64,000 nucleotides of DNA from an uncultured Gammaproteobacteria bacterium. GTDB lineage: Bacteria > Patescibacteriota > Patescibacteriia > UBA1558 > 2-01-FULL-52-15. Shown here piece after piece: positions 36,288 through 50,689 of the stretch. How positions within the stretch are numbered: position 1 is the first letter of the stretch; the number at the start of each line of letters is the position of its first letter. The translations under genes and the position numbers were made by a program. Where the stretch lies: assembly GCA_964422585.1 (NCBI GenBank), contig CAYRBH010000003.1:11397-75396 (forward strand), written 5' to 3'. Under the pieces are notes generated by a model, which ran no database searches, was not told the DNA's origin, and saw only the letters and a program-made list of their open reading frames with translations.

Positions 36288-37727
36288 TTAGCCGGTTATC
36301 AGTTTTTTTAATTCATCATGTGGTACGGTGTGGAAGAGATAAACAAAGGAAGCATAGCACAGGAAGCTTATGCTCACGACTAGCAGCACAGGCAGCAGTG
36401 GTGTCAGTAGCCAGGTGAGTATTCCCATGCACAGACTGGCGATACAGATTTTGCCTAAGGCAAGCCACGGAATGCGCAGGGTTACCTCTTTCCTAATGAC
36501 GAGCCACGCGCTTAACACTATCATAAGTTCGCTGACCACAGTCATCCACGCAGCGCCCCAGTAATTGTAGATGGGTATCGCTATTAGATAACCGATAAGA
36601 CTCACGACCGCGGTCAAGAAAAAGAATTTTATCATTTTTTTCTGCCGTTCGACGACCAGCACCATATAGGTATAGAGCGTACCGAAGAAAATACATAAGG
36701 TCGCGAGCATCAGAACGCCTAGCACTGGTCCTGAAGGAGCAAAGGCATTTCCAGCGACCAGGGTCATGATATTCGTACCGAGTAACACGCCCCCGACAGC
36801 CAGTGGTATAGTCAGGCTTGCGAAGAAGATGAAGGCTCGCTCCCAGATACCTTGCAACTTGGGTATATCTCGTGCTACCCAGGCAGCCGTCAGGAGCGGT
36901 AGAGCGAGTCCCATGAACATATGCGGGAAGGCGGTGATGATCTCTAGAACTTTATATGCTGCTCCATAGATGCCGACACTTTCTTGGCTCTGGGTCAGCG
37001 ACAGGATGATCGTATCAGCTTTGAAGTAGACCAGGTTCAGGACGATCGTGACAGCGATAGGCCAGGTCTTCAAGACCACTTCGCGCCAGTAGGCAAAATC
37101 GAAGGCTAGTTTGAGCTTCACCGGCCGTGGTAGTATCGTCAGGGCAAACCATGCGGTCGCAAAGGTCGCGACACCTATAATGGAGAAGCTGATATATATG
37201 CCGGTGAGCCCGAACTGTCCTGCCACGACAATGTAGACGGCGACCAGAGACGCTATTTTATTTAGCACATTGATGATGCCGATCGAGACCATCCGCAGCT
37301 GCTTTTGGAACAGGGCGGTCACGGTCGAGATGAGCGATGCTGAGAGGAATGAGATGGCAAGCAATGCCGCGCCGTGACGAATACTCGCGTCGTAGGGAGC
37401 AAATCGTATGAGTCCGAGGGCTGCGATGAGCAATACAGTGGTAGAGATCAGGCGGATCGTGAAGATATTATTGCTGATGCTGTCCATCCGGTCCCCATGC
37501 GCCGCGATCTCGCGGAGCAGGGTGAGGTAGAGACCGAAGTCAACGATCGTGATGAAGAACTGTAGTAACGCATTCACGGTCGTGAACTGACCGAAGCCAG
37601 CAGGCGTCAGATAGCGTGTGATAAGTCCTAGGGTCACGACCCCGACGAGTATCTCAACGATGCGTAGCGCTGTTTGCGCTACGGTGGTCATTGCAATTGC
37701 TTTGCTTGTATGTGCCATAGAGTACAA
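36288..37727 (-). CDS. Wzx-type oligosaccharide flippase (MOP superfamily polysaccharide biosynthesis protein)
   Basis: 12-14 TM helices. N-terminal TALRIVEILVGVVTLGLITRYLTPAGFGQFT typical of Polysacc_synt flippases. Confidence 0.7.
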   Translation of the reverse strand: MYSMAHTSKAIAMTTVAQTALRIVEILVGVVTLGLITRYLTPAGFGQFTTVNALLQFFITIVDFGLYLTLLREIAAHGDRMDSISNNIFTIRLISTTVLLIAALGLIRFAPYDASIRHGAALLAISFLSASLISTVTALFQKQLRMVSIGIINVLNKIASLVAVYIVVAGQFGLTGIYISFSIIGVATFATAWFALTILPRPVKLKLAFDFAYWREVVLKTWPIAVTIVLNLVYFKADTIILSLTQSQESVGIYGAAYKVLEIITAFPHMFMGLALPLLTAAWVARDIPKLQGIWERAFIFFASLTIPLAVGGVLLGTNIMTLVAGNAFAPSGPVLGVLMLATLCIFFGTLYTYMVLVVERQKKMIKFFFLTAVVSLIGYLIAIPIYNYWGAAWMTVVSELMIVLSAWLVIRKEVTLRIPWLALGKICIASLCMGILTWLLTPLLPVLLVVSISFLCYASFVYLFHTVPHDELKKLITG

Positions 37728-37797
37728 ACTATGCTCATCCGAGCAATGACGAGCATAGTTGTTATACCACGAGTTTTGGATTCTGTGGAAGATGCAG

Positions 37798-38355
37798 CTA
37801 TCGGTCCTTACGTACTATACTTTCTATTTTTTTTCGAAGCTCATCGCTTGCATAGATCCATGCTTTAGGAAACTGTTTCATCGCTGCCAGGACAATCTCT
37901 TTGTCATTTTTCAGATCATCGCTCAGGAAACGAAGCGCCTCTCCATTGACCTGCAAGGCTTTGAGGGCGAATGTCTTATCAGCGCAAAGCCGTTCGCTTG
38001 CTTTTTGCATGGCGCCGCTATCATGTGCAAGTCCTGCAAGGAGCATGGCCTGGTCTTCCTCAACGTTTTCAGCTCTATGAAAGAATTCCGGTTTTGTTGG
38101 TATTTTTTCGAGCAGATAGTCACGATCATTATTTTCTTCGTTGGCTTGGTCATGCAGGATGTCGATGCCTGAATCAACGGTCCCGTTGAGTGTATTGCGT
38201 ATTTCTCTTTCAAATTCAGCATCTGATAACGCTTCAGCAGCTTCCTTCCTCACGAACCCACCCTCGACATCTGTAAAATTCGCCCGCTGATCCCCTGGAA
38301 GATCGTCGACCTTCTTATAGCCTTGATCGGCTGGATTGAATAATTCTTTGGGCAT
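37798..38355 (-). CDS. DUF4116 repeat protein
   Basis: ALKALQVNGEALRFLSDDLKNDKEIVLAAMKQ matches the DUF4116 repeat consensus. AT-rich gene. Confidence 0.5.
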   Translation of the reverse strand: MPKELFNPADQGYKKVDDLPGDQRANFTDVEGGFVRKEAAEALSDAEFEREIRNTLNGTVDSGIDILHDQANEENNDRDYLLEKIPTKPEFFHRAENVEEDQAMLLAGLAHDSGAMQKASERLCADKTFALKALQVNGEALRFLSDDLKNDKEIVLAAMKQFPKAWIYASDELRKKIESIVRKDR

Positions 38356-38359
38356 AAGG

Positions 38360-39358
38360 TTAATCCTTCTTCATCGCAACGGCAAGTATCTTCTTCCTGA
38401 TCTCTGCCATGAGTTTTTTATCCTGTTGCAGGAAGGCCTTGGCATTCTCACGGCCAGTACCGAGTTTCACGCTGCCATAGGTATAGGTATTGCCGCTCTT
38501 AGTTATGGTTGCATAGAGCACGCCTTGGTCGATAAGATCTGAGGCGAGTGAGATCCCTTCATTATACATGATGTCGAACTCGCAGGTCTTGAAAGGAGGA
38601 GCGACTTTATTTTTCACGATCTTCACTTTGACACGGTTGCCGATGACTTTCTCGCCCTGCTTGATCACTGCGGCTCGGCGAACTTCGATGCGAACTGATG
38701 CATAGAATTTCAATGCATTGCCGCCGGTGGTGGTCTCTGGATTGCCGAAGAAGACGCCGATCTTCATTCTGATTTGATTGATGAAGATGACGGTCGTTTT
38801 GGTCTTCGAGATGATGCCGGCGAGTTTTCGCAGAGCCTGGCTCATCAGCCGTGCCTGTAGACCCATATGCGAATCGCCCATATCGCCCTCTAGCTCAGCT
38901 TTCGGAACTAATGCTGCGACTGAGTCGATGACAATGACGTCGAATGCATTCGAGCGTACCAGAGTTTCTACGATCTCGAGAGCTTGTTCGCCAGTGTCCG
39001 GTTGTGCGATGAAGAGATCCTTGGTATGCACGCCGATCATTTTGGCATAGTCAGGATCCAGCGCATGCTCGGCATCAATGAATGCGGCTAAGCCGCCTTG
39101 TTTTTGTACTTCGGCGACGATATGCTGCGCTAAGGTTGTCTTGCCTGAGCTTTCCGGTCCATAGATCTCGATGATACGGCCGCGTGGAACTCCGCCGATG
39201 CCTAGGGCGATATCGAGAGAGAGGCAGCCGGTGGGAATGCCTTCCAGGTTCAGGGCCTTATTGTCGCCTAATTTCATAATAGAGCCTTCACCGAATCGCT
39301 GTTTGATCTGATTGACAGCTTCAGTCGCTGCTTGGTTTTTCTTTGTCTCTTCTGGCAT
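38360..39358 (-). CDS. recA: Recombinase RecA
   Basis: [20 protein letters not shown] Walker A, plus L1/L2 loop regions. 332 aa. Confidence 0.95.
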   Translation of the reverse strand: MPEETKKNQAATEAVNQIKQRFGEGSIMKLGDNKALNLEGIPTGCLSLDIALGIGGVPRGRIIEIYGPESSGKTTLAQHIVAEVQKQGGLAAFIDAEHALDPDYAKMIGVHTKDLFIAQPDTGEQALEIVETLVRSNAFDVIVIDSVAALVPKAELEGDMGDSHMGLQARLMSQALRKLAGIISKTKTTVIFINQIRMKIGVFFGNPETTTGGNALKFYASVRIEVRRAAVIKQGEKVIGNRVKVKIVKNKVAPPFKTCEFDIMYNEGISLASDLIDQGVLYATITKSGNTYTYGSVKLGTGRENAKAFLQQDKKLMAEIRKKILAVAMKKD

Positions 39359-39368
39359 ATAGTATGCG

Positions 39369-40097
39369 TTAGTTGTTAGGCCCTGTTGTTATTGTCGAGG
39401 TTGCTGTGGTGGTGGAAACGACGGCGGGAAGTGACGTTTTTACGATGGTCACTTCTTTGATGAAGCTTCTGCTGTGCTTTTTCTTCGCTTCGATGGTAAT
39501 CGTATTCAAACCATCCGTCAAGGGAATATCTTGGGTAAAGCCATTTGAGCTATCAAGGATCACCGGCTGTCTATTGATGGTTACCGTTGTCCCAGGTTCT
39601 GTTTGGCCTTTTAGTATAATACTATTTTCTTGTGTTCGGAAGTCCTCAAGGGGGCTGGCGAAAGTGACCACGGGAGGGCTGATGCTTTTATCGATAACGA
39701 AGCCAGCATAGCCCAGGATGAGCAGCAGCACGAATGCGATGATGAGTCGTCTGCCAGTAATGAAGGACGTGAATTTTGGCAGCAGCCTCTTCTGTTGTGT
39801 GCCCTGCTGTTGTTCAAGTTTCGCGCGAATGCCATTCTCTTTTTCATAAGAGATCATCAGGTCTCGAGTCGCCACACCGAGAAAGGTGGCATATTTTTTT
39901 ATCCAAGCTTTTGTATACATTTCCCCGGGGAGCCGAGTATACTGGGACGCTTCGATAGCTTCTAGGTACTTTTCTTGTATAGAAAGTGTATGCGCGCAGT
40001 CAGCGAGCGTCAGGTGCTTGTCGAGGCGCGCTCGTTTCAGCTGTTCGCTGACGGTGGTATAGATGCCAAGTTCTGTTCGCTTGAAACTATGTGCCAT
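39369..40097 (-). CDS. RodZ-like helix-turn-helix (XRE) membrane protein
   Basis: [41 protein letters not shown], single TM, Thr-rich C-terminus. Confidence 0.6.
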   Translation of the reverse strand: MAHSFKRTELGIYTTVSEQLKRARLDKHLTLADCAHTLSIQEKYLEAIEASQYTRLPGEMYTKAWIKKYATFLGVATRDLMISYEKENGIRAKLEQQQGTQQKRLLPKFTSFITGRRLIIAFVLLLILGYAGFVIDKSISPPVVTFASPLEDFRTQENSIILKGQTEPGTTVTINRQPVILDSSNGFTQDIPLTDGLNTITIEAKKKHSRSFIKEVTIVKTSLPAVVSTTTATSTITTGPNN

Positions 40098-40108
40098 GAT
40101 GTTCAGTG

Positions 40109-42454
40109 CTACAGATTTGCATCCGCATCGTCACTATCATCCGCTGCGTCAGCTGACTCGTCTGCTTCTTCGCTCAGCTCGGAATTATGATCATAGAGAT
40201 CGTCTTCGCTGACACGTGTTTCTGAAGGCTCTGCATCGCCATACTCTTCGCGACCATGTTTCGCATACTGTTGGTCAAGTTCTTCCTGCGTGATCAGCAC
40301 CTCTCGAGGTTTGGAGCTGTTCTGGGGTCCTATGATACCGCGCTCTTCTAAGAGATCGAGTATGCGTGAAGCTTTCGCGAAACCGACTCGCATCCTGCTC
40401 TGGAGCAGGGTTGCGCTCGCGCGCTTGGCTTTCACCACAACTTCGGTTGCGAGCAGTAAATCGCGTTCGGTGGAATCGCTTTCTGTGCCCGCGTTTGAAC
40501 CGCCGCCCATTATACCAGTGCGACGTTCGGTCACTTCAGCTAGGTATTGCGGTTCGCCATGCTGCTTCAGATACTCAGTAACACCGTTGATTTCTTTGTC
40601 ACTCAGGAATGCTCCCTGCATGCGTTTCGGCTTCGAAAGTTCAGCGGAGATATAGAGCATGTCGCCATTACCGAGAAGCTTTTCTGCGCCGGAGGAGTCT
40701 ATGATGGTTCGCGAATCTGTCACTGAGGCCACAGAGAAAGCGATACGCGAGGTGATATTTGCTTTGATAAGTCCGGTAATGACATTGACCGATGGGCGCT
40801 GGGTGGCAAGAATGAGGTGAATACCGACTGCGCGAGCCATTTGTGCTAAACGGATGATGGCTGCCTCCATTTCTTTCGCAGCGACCATCATGAGATCAGC
40901 CAGCTCATCGACGACGATGACGATATAGGGCATTGGTTCCACTAAGCGAGCGTCATTGTAGGCCTGTATATTTTTTTTGCCGGCTGCCGCAAGCATTTTG
41001 TAACGTTCGTCCATTTGGGATACAGCCCAGCGCAGCGCATTGATTGTTTTATCCGTGTCAATGATCACCGGACAGAGCAGATGTGGGATGCCATCATAAC
41101 CAGAGAGTTCGACACGCTTCGGATCGACCAGTATTAGTTTGAGTAGATCTGGCGAATTCTGATAGAGGAGGCTGACAAGCATTGCATTGATGCAGACCGA
41201 TTTGCCTGAACCAGTGGCACCGGCAATGAGTAGGTGTGGCATCTTGGCGAGGTCGGCCATCATGGTCTTGCCGGTAACATCTTTACCTAATGCAAGCATC
41301 AGGTTGCTGCGGCGTTCGGTGTAGGCTTGTGACTGTAGTATCTCTTTTAGTTTCACGATGGAAACGGATTGATTTGGCACTTCGATGCCGACTAATGACT
41401 TTCCTGGGATAGGAGCTTCGATACGGAGAGGATGTGCGGCTAGAGCGAGTGACAGGTCGTTCTGCAATGAGCTGATCTGCGTGAGCTTTACGCCTTCAAG
41501 CGGCTTCAAGGTATACTGGGTGACCGTTGGTCCCACATTGACCTCGCCCATAGTCACGTCGATGCCAAAACTCTTGAGTGTAGCCTCTATTTTCTTCATG
41601 TTTGCTTTGATATCGCCGCTACTCGGCATATCATTCGAGCTCACCAGTAAATCGATCGGCACATCAATCTTTGGTTGGCGTACTTTCTTCGCAGGGGTTT
41701 TCGCTGCAGCTGCAGCAGAGGCTCGAGATTTTCCAAAAGGCAGATTGATCTGAGGTGTATTTTCCTCATCATCGCTCTCATCATCTTGATTTTCAGAGAT
41801 CTCGCTTGTTTTGAAATTGTGATTATAGACTGGCGGCTGTGCTTCGCCTCTGTTACTTCGCGCAACCTCTCGCTTCTCACGACGTTGGACGAAGAATGCC
41901 CCTAGAGCTTGCCAGGCGCCGACTAAACTCGAGAATGAAGTATTGAAAAAAATGAAAGCGCCAATGGCAAAGATGGCAAGCAGCACGACGAGGCTGCCCC
42001 AGAATGCCATCAAGTGATAGAGTGACCCGCCGATAGCATAACCGACAAGTCCGCCGCCTTTACCAGTAGCGATGATCTCATCGAATGACATATCTCGCAC
42101 TACAAGGTGTAGTAAACCGCTATAACCGAGTATGGTGAGTACTAACCCAATATAGTTGATGAGCTTGATATCATAGCGTCCTGGGCGAAGGAGCAGGTAG
42201 CTCATTGCCAGGAGCATGATCGGGAAGAGGAAGTCTCCCCAGCCAAAAACTTTACTCAAAACACTGACAATATGAATGCCGAGGTTGCCAGTTGCCTGGA
42301 AGAATGACAAGAGGCTGATAAAGGCAATAGTAAAAAGCACGACAATGGCAATGCCTCGCTTGGTTTCAGAAGCTAAGGTAAAGCTACCGGTTGTTGCTCG
42401 GGGCAGGCTTCTGCCGGTAGCTATTCTACGATTACGTTTTTTGCGATTAAACAT
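40109..42454 (-). CDS. ftsK: DNA translocase FtsK/SpoIIIE
   Basis: N-terminal TM helices. Motor domain GATGSGKSVCINAMLVSLL. C-terminal gamma winged-helix domain. Acidic C-terminal tail. Confidence 0.9.
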   Translation of the reverse strand: MFNRKKRNRRIATGRSLPRATTGSFTLASETKRGIAIVVLFTIAFISLLSFFQATGNLGIHIVSVLSKVFGWGDFLFPIMLLAMSYLLLRPGRYDIKLINYIGLVLTILGYSGLLHLVVRDMSFDEIIATGKGGGLVGYAIGGSLYHLMAFWGSLVVLLAIFAIGAFIFFNTSFSSLVGAWQALGAFFVQRREKREVARSNRGEAQPPVYNHNFKTSEISENQDDESDDEENTPQINLPFGKSRASAAAAAKTPAKKVRQPKIDVPIDLLVSSNDMPSSGDIKANMKKIEATLKSFGIDVTMGEVNVGPTVTQYTLKPLEGVKLTQISSLQNDLSLALAAHPLRIEAPIPGKSLVGIEVPNQSVSIVKLKEILQSQAYTERRSNLMLALGKDVTGKTMMADLAKMPHLLIAGATGSGKSVCINAMLVSLLYQNSPDLLKLILVDPKRVELSGYDGIPHLLCPVIIDTDKTINALRWAVSQMDERYKMLAAAGKKNIQAYNDARLVEPMPYIVIVVDELADLMMVAAKEMEAAIIRLAQMARAVGIHLILATQRPSVNVITGLIKANITSRIAFSVASVTDSRTIIDSSGAEKLLGNGDMLYISAELSKPKRMQGAFLSDKEINGVTEYLKQHGEPQYLAEVTERRTGIMGGGSNAGTESDSTERDLLLATEVVVKAKRASATLLQSRMRVGFAKASRILDLLEERGIIGPQNSSKPREVLITQEELDQQYAKHGREEYGDAEPSETRVSEDDLYDHNSELSEEADESADAADDSDDADANL

Positions 42455-42538
42455 AGGTAACAGGGCTCATTTTAACATAAAATGGGGAGCCAATAAAGGC
42501 CTAGCGGTGTCAAAAAATGAGCCACTTTTTGTAAGAGT

Positions 42539-42567
42539 TTGACAAGCGGGTTTAGTAAGGCTAATGT
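42539..42567 (+). promoter_or_regulatory. Sigma70-like promoter TTGACA-N17-TAATGT
   Basis: ttgaca 42539-42544, 17 nt spacer, taatgt 42562-42567. Upstream of the small ORF whose AAGGAGA RBS precedes the ATG at 42606. Confidence 0.5.
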
Positions 42568-42605
42568 TGATATTCTTCAGTTCTTACTATAACAAGGAGA
42601 TTGTC

Positions 42606-42908
42606 ATGTTCCACGTTAATTTCCCGTTGGATAGCGGCGAAGAGCTCTCCGTAGATTTTGACGTAGAATCCGGCCCTAATGTCCCGTGCCATAAGTGTGG
42701 GAAACCTGGGTTTCAGTCACTGATAGAGGTAAGCGAAGTAACGTGCGATGGTGTTCTGATCGAGAGGGATTCGCCGATTTACTGGGCAGCGGTAGCGAAA
42801 TTGCGGAAGGCGGCTCTTCACAAACAAGGACGTTGTGAGCCAAATACTGGGTGCGCCGAAGAGTTTTGGGAGGACTTGTTTGCGGGTCTCGACGAGATCG
42901 AGGCATGA
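42606..42908 (+). CDS. Small Cys-containing hypothetical protein (100 aa) in an isolated transcription unit
   Basis: Start trimmed to MFHVNF (42606) after an AAGGAGA RBS. Contains CHKCG...C...C...C. Confidence 0.45.
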   Translation: MFHVNFPLDSGEELSVDFDVESGPNVPCHKCGKPGFQSLIEVSEVTCDGVLIERDSPIYWAAVAKLRKAALHKQGRCEPNTGCAEEFWEDLFAGLDEIEA

Positions 42909-42918
42909 GATCACAAAA

Positions 42919-42949
42919 AAGCTCCCTGTAGTGATACAGGGAGCTTTTA
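42919..42949. terminator. Bidirectional rho-independent terminator (12 bp perfect stem AAGCTCCCTGTA/TACAGGGAGCTT, loop GTGA, flanked by A6 and T4)
   Basis: Read at 42919-42948. Confidence 0.75.
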
Positions 42950-42962
42950 CACGTCACAAAAA

Positions 42963-42986
42963 ATCCCTCCTGAGAGGGATTTTTTG
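42963..42986. terminator. Second bidirectional terminator (stem ATCCCTC/GAGGGAT, loop CTGA, flanked by A6 and T6), serves convergent rpoC
   Basis: aaaaaATCCCTCctgaGAGGGATtttttg read at 42958-42986. Confidence 0.7.
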
Positions 42987-43006
42987 CTTTGTAATCACAG
43001 AGCGTA

Positions 43007-46885
<3,879 letters not shown>

Positions 46886-46911
46886 AGTTGTGTGAGATAG
46901 GTAAGCGTTGT

Positions 46912-49900
46912 TTATTCGTCAGTTCGCTTATTATCCTTGAGGAGTTCAACGTCGAGTGCCAAGCCTTTCAATTCTTTGACTAAGACATTGAATGACTCGG
47001 GGATATTCAATCGATCAATCTTCTCTCCCTTAATGATAGCTTCGTACGCCTTCGACCTGCCGGGTACGTCGTCTGATTTGATAGTAAGTATCTCTTGCAA
47101 AGTATGTGCTGCGCCATAGGCCTCGAGCGCCCATACTTCCATTTCTCCGAAACGCTGTCCGCCGAATTGCGCCTTACCGCCCAACGGTTGCTGCGTGACC
47201 AAGCTGTAGGGTCCGATGGAGCGCTGGTGTATCTTATCTTCGACCAAGTGGTTGAGCTTCAGGATATAGGAGTAGCCAACGGTAGTCTTCGAATCGAATG
47301 CTTGGCCAGTTTTGCCGTCATAGAGCTGTAACTTACCGTCCGTCGGCCATCCTGCTTTGGTAAGCTCTTCTTTAATTGTTTCTTCTGACACACCATTCAG
47401 GGCAGGGCTTGCGACTTTGTAGCCTAAGCTATGTGCGGCCAAGCCTAAGTGCGTTTCAAGCAGTTGACCCAGGTTCATACGTGAGATAACGCCAAGCGGG
47501 TTCAAGATAACGTCGATCGGCGTACCATCAGTAAGGAAGGGCATATCCTCGCGAGGAACCACACGAGAGATGACGCCTTTATTGCCATGGCGGCCAGCGA
47601 GTTTATCACCTACTTGCACCTTGCGGGTCTGTGCTACGGTGACTTGGATGGTTTTGATAACACCAGCCGGGAGTTTATCGCCGCTGTCTCTTGAGAAAAT
47701 TTTAATGTCGACAACTTTACCGTGTTCACCATGTTCGAGGTAGAGCGAGGAGTCACGGACATCTTTTGCCTTTTCACCGAAGATGGCACGGAGCAATTTC
47801 TCTTCTGCAGAAAGTTCGGTTTCACCTTTTGGCGTAATTTTGCCAACCAGGATATCTCCAGAAGCAACTTCTGCGCCAAGGCGGATGACACCTTCATTGT
47901 CGAGGTTCTTTAACTTCTCTTCTGAAATATTTGGAATGTCTCGGGTGACGATTTCCGGACCAAGTTTGGTATCGCGTACATCGACTGAGAAGTCTTCGAT
48001 GTGAATCGATGAGTAGCGATCCTGCTGTACGACCCGGTCTGAAATGAGAATGGCGTCTTCGTAGTTGCCGCCTTCCCAGGACATATAGGCGACGAGCACG
48101 TTCTGACCAAGCGCCAATTCTCCTTGCTGAGTCGCTGCGCCATCAGCTAGAGCTTGCCCGGTTTTTACCTGGTCGCCTTTCATGACGATCGGCCGCTGGT
48201 TCATACTAGTGAATGCATTCGAACGTTCGAATTTCATGAGTTGGAAGCTATGCAGCTTGCCAGAGACACCCTTCATCTGGATTTTGTTTGATTGCACCGA
48301 GGTAATCTCGCCATCTTCAGGAGCGGTTACGACCTGCCCTGAGTCTTGCGCGGAGCGCGCTTCGATGCCGGTGCCGACGATAGGGGATTCTGGGTTCACG
48401 ACGCTGACCGCTTGTCGCTGCATGTTCGTACCCATCAAGGCACGGACTGCGTCATCATGCTCGAGGAATGGTATGAGCGAGGTCGATACTGAGATGATCT
48501 GGTTCGGCGCGACATCCATATAATCGATTTTTTCCACGCGGTCATATTTTGGCACGCCATGGCTCCGGATTTCGGCATACTCTTTGCTGAAGTATCCCTT
48601 GGCGTCTATCGGGGTGGTGGCTGCCGTAGTATTTCCTTTTTCTTCGATGAACGCATCGATATACATAACCTCAGGGAGTACACGAGGTTTGAGCGCGATA
48701 GTCTTGAGGTCTTTCACGCCGGCTAATTTTTTCGCGTCGGCTGCGCTGATCTCATCGCCAGCTTTGACTATGACAGTTTTACCATCTTTCAAATCTTCAC
48801 GCGCGATCTCGCCGACGCTTGCTTTGCCGTCATTTGGCACATCGTGGATGACCTTGCGGAAAGGAGTCTCGATAAGCCCGAATTCATTGACCCGCGCGTA
48901 GGTAGATAAATGTCCGACGAGACCGATATTGGGGCCTTCGGGCGTCGCGATCGGGCAGATGCGTCCATAGTGTGTACGATGCACGTCGCGAACTTCGAAC
49001 CCTGCGCGTTCGCGCGAAAGTCCGCCAGGTCCCATCGCATTCAAGCGTCGTTTATGCTCGAGCTCTGAGAGAGGATTGATCTGATCCATGAATTGAGACA
49101 ACTGTGAGCTCATGAAGAACTCTTTGATCGAGCCCATGACCGGACGCGCATTGATGAGTTGGTTCGGTGTTAAGGTATTGATATCGAGCGTGGACATGCG
49201 GTCCTTGATGATACGCTCCATGCGGGCGAGACCTATACGGAACTTATTCTGTACCAATTCGCCGACTGCTCGGATACGTCGGTTGCCGAGATGATCGATA
49301 TCATCAGCCTGCTCTTGGGTGATGTTCAGGCGGATGATCTCGCGGACGATGGCGATCAGGTCTTCACGGCGGAGTATGCGGGTTGTCTTATCATTCGCGA
49401 TATTGAAGCCGAAGCGCGAGTTGATCTTATAGCGTCCGACCCGACCGAAGTCATAACGATCGAAGTTGAAGAACATCGAGTGTATGAGGTTACGGGCATT
49501 TTCGGTCGTTGCGAGGTCACCAGGGCGAATTCTCTTATAGACTTCTCGCAAGCCATCAGCCTCGTCTTTGCACACATCCTTATGCATCGTTGACTTAATG
49601 GAATGCACCTCGGGATGAGTATCGACATCTTTGAAGAGTTGCATGATCTCTTCATCAGAGCTATAGCCAAAAGCGCGCAGGAGTGAGGTGATCGGTACTT
49701 TGCGCTTACGGTCTATTTTTACATAGATAACATTATTCGCGTCGGTTTCTATCTCGAGCCATGCTCCGCGATTCGGAATGATTTTTGCCCCATAGTAATT
49801 CCTGCCGCGGGTAAGTTCGGACGTGAAGAAGACTCCTGCGCTTCGAATGAGCTGGGAGACGACGACGCGTTCAACGCCATTAATGACGAACGTGCCCCGA

Positions 49901-50253
49901 TCGGTCATCAAGGGAATATCGCCGAGGTAGATCTCTTGCTCTTTTACTTCGCCAGTCTTTTGATTGACAAGCGTTACCTTCACTTTGATGGGCGCTTCAT
50001 AGGTCGTGTTGCGCGCCTTCGCTTCTTTCTCATGGAATTTCGGTTCGTCCAGGTAGTACGATTCGAAATACAGCTCCAGATCTCGGCCAATGAAATCTTT
50101 GATCGGAGATACTTCATCGAAAAGCTCTTTCAGTCCTTCCGCGAAGAACCAGTCATAGGACTTCTGCTGGACTTCGATAAGATCAGGAAGCGAAATAGCT
50201 TCGCGAACTGGCGTGAAGTACACGCGCTCGGCCGTGGGTTTCGTATGGGGCAT
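46912..50253 (-). CDS. rpoB: DNA-directed RNA polymerase subunit beta
   Basis: 1113 aa. Rif cluster region. GNKGVISR... C-terminal motifs. Immediately upstream of rpoC. Confidence 0.97.
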   Translation of the reverse strand: MPHTKPTAERVYFTPVREAISLPDLIEVQQKSYDWFFAEGLKELFDEVSPIKDFIGRDLELYFESYYLDEPKFHEKEAKARNTTYEAPIKVKVTLVNQKTGEVKEQEIYLGDIPLMTDRGTFVINGVERVVVSQLIRSAGVFFTSELTRGRNYYGAKIIPNRGAWLEIETDANNVIYVKIDRKRKVPITSLLRAFGYSSDEEIMQLFKDVDTHPEVHSIKSTMHKDVCKDEADGLREVYKRIRPGDLATTENARNLIHSMFFNFDRYDFGRVGRYKINSRFGFNIANDKTTRILRREDLIAIVREIIRLNITQEQADDIDHLGNRRIRAVGELVQNKFRIGLARMERIIKDRMSTLDINTLTPNQLINARPVMGSIKEFFMSSQLSQFMDQINPLSELEHKRRLNAMGPGGLSRERAGFEVRDVHRTHYGRICPIATPEGPNIGLVGHLSTYARVNEFGLIETPFRKVIHDVPNDGKASVGEIAREDLKDGKTVIVKAGDEISAADAKKLAGVKDLKTIALKPRVLPEVMYIDAFIEEKGNTTAATTPIDAKGYFSKEYAEIRSHGVPKYDRVEKIDYMDVAPNQIISVSTSLIPFLEHDDAVRALMGTNMQRQAVSVVNPESPIVGTGIEARSAQDSGQVVTAPEDGEITSVQSNKIQMKGVSGKLHSFQLMKFERSNAFTSMNQRPIVMKGDQVKTGQALADGAATQQGELALGQNVLVAYMSWEGGNYEDAILISDRVVQQDRYSSIHIEDFSVDVRDTKLGPEIVTRDIPNISEEKLKNLDNEGVIRLGAEVASGDILVGKITPKGETELSAEEKLLRAIFGEKAKDVRDSSLYLEHGEHGKVVDIKIFSRDSGDKLPAGVIKTIQVTVAQTRKVQVGDKLAGRHGNKGVISRVVPREDMPFLTDGTPIDVILNPLGVISRMNLGQLLETHLGLAAHSLGYKVASPALNGVSEETIKEELTKAGWPTDGKLQLYDGKTGQAFDSKTTVGYSYILKLNHLVEDKIHQRSIGPYSLVTQQPLGGKAQFGGQRFGEMEVWALEAYGAAHTLQEILTIKSDDVPGRSKAYEAIIKGEKIDRLNIPESFNVLVKELKGLALDVELLKDNKRTDE

Positions 50254-50663
50254 AGATACAAAACTGTTTACTGGTTAAGTGACGAGCCTCGAGAGATACC
50301 TTTCGGAGCCAATCATTCCTGCGCAGTGCTATAAGCATGACAGGTGACCTTCCTCAGAAGAGGATGACCAGGTTACTAAGGAGCACTTTCTTTGCGGCAC
50401 AATAAAATCCCCACCATGATTTTATTCACGGAGAGGTGTGCGGGTTATGTACAATTATTCGGCGCCTAAGCTCAGAACTTGGGCTTTAAACATGGGACTA
50501 TGATACTTGAGAACAGGACTATTGTCAATACCTAAAGCTATTTAGCTGTCAAGAAACTTAAAATATAGCTAATTTTAGGTAAAAATATGTAGTATATGCA
50601 TTAAGTTTTTCATTGTTTAGCCAAAAGAATGATTTTTTTATGGACAACTTATCCACAATGCAA

Positions 50664-50689
50664 TACAGCCTCCTGGTTAGGAGGCTGTA
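50664..50689 (-). terminator. Stem-loop (CAGCCTCC/GGAGGCTG, extended to 10 bp) downstream of the 254 aa hypothetical gene; weak U-tract
   Basis: Read at 50664-50689. Minus-strand downstream is ATTGCATTGTGG. Confidence 0.35.

Noticed and set aside
50265-50400. Possible riboswitch or ribosomal-protein-leader-like element upstream of rpoB
   Set aside because: I could not recognise any known riboswitch consensus by eye (for example TPP, SAM or the L10 leader). It is retained only as a generic structured-leader finding, not a feature.
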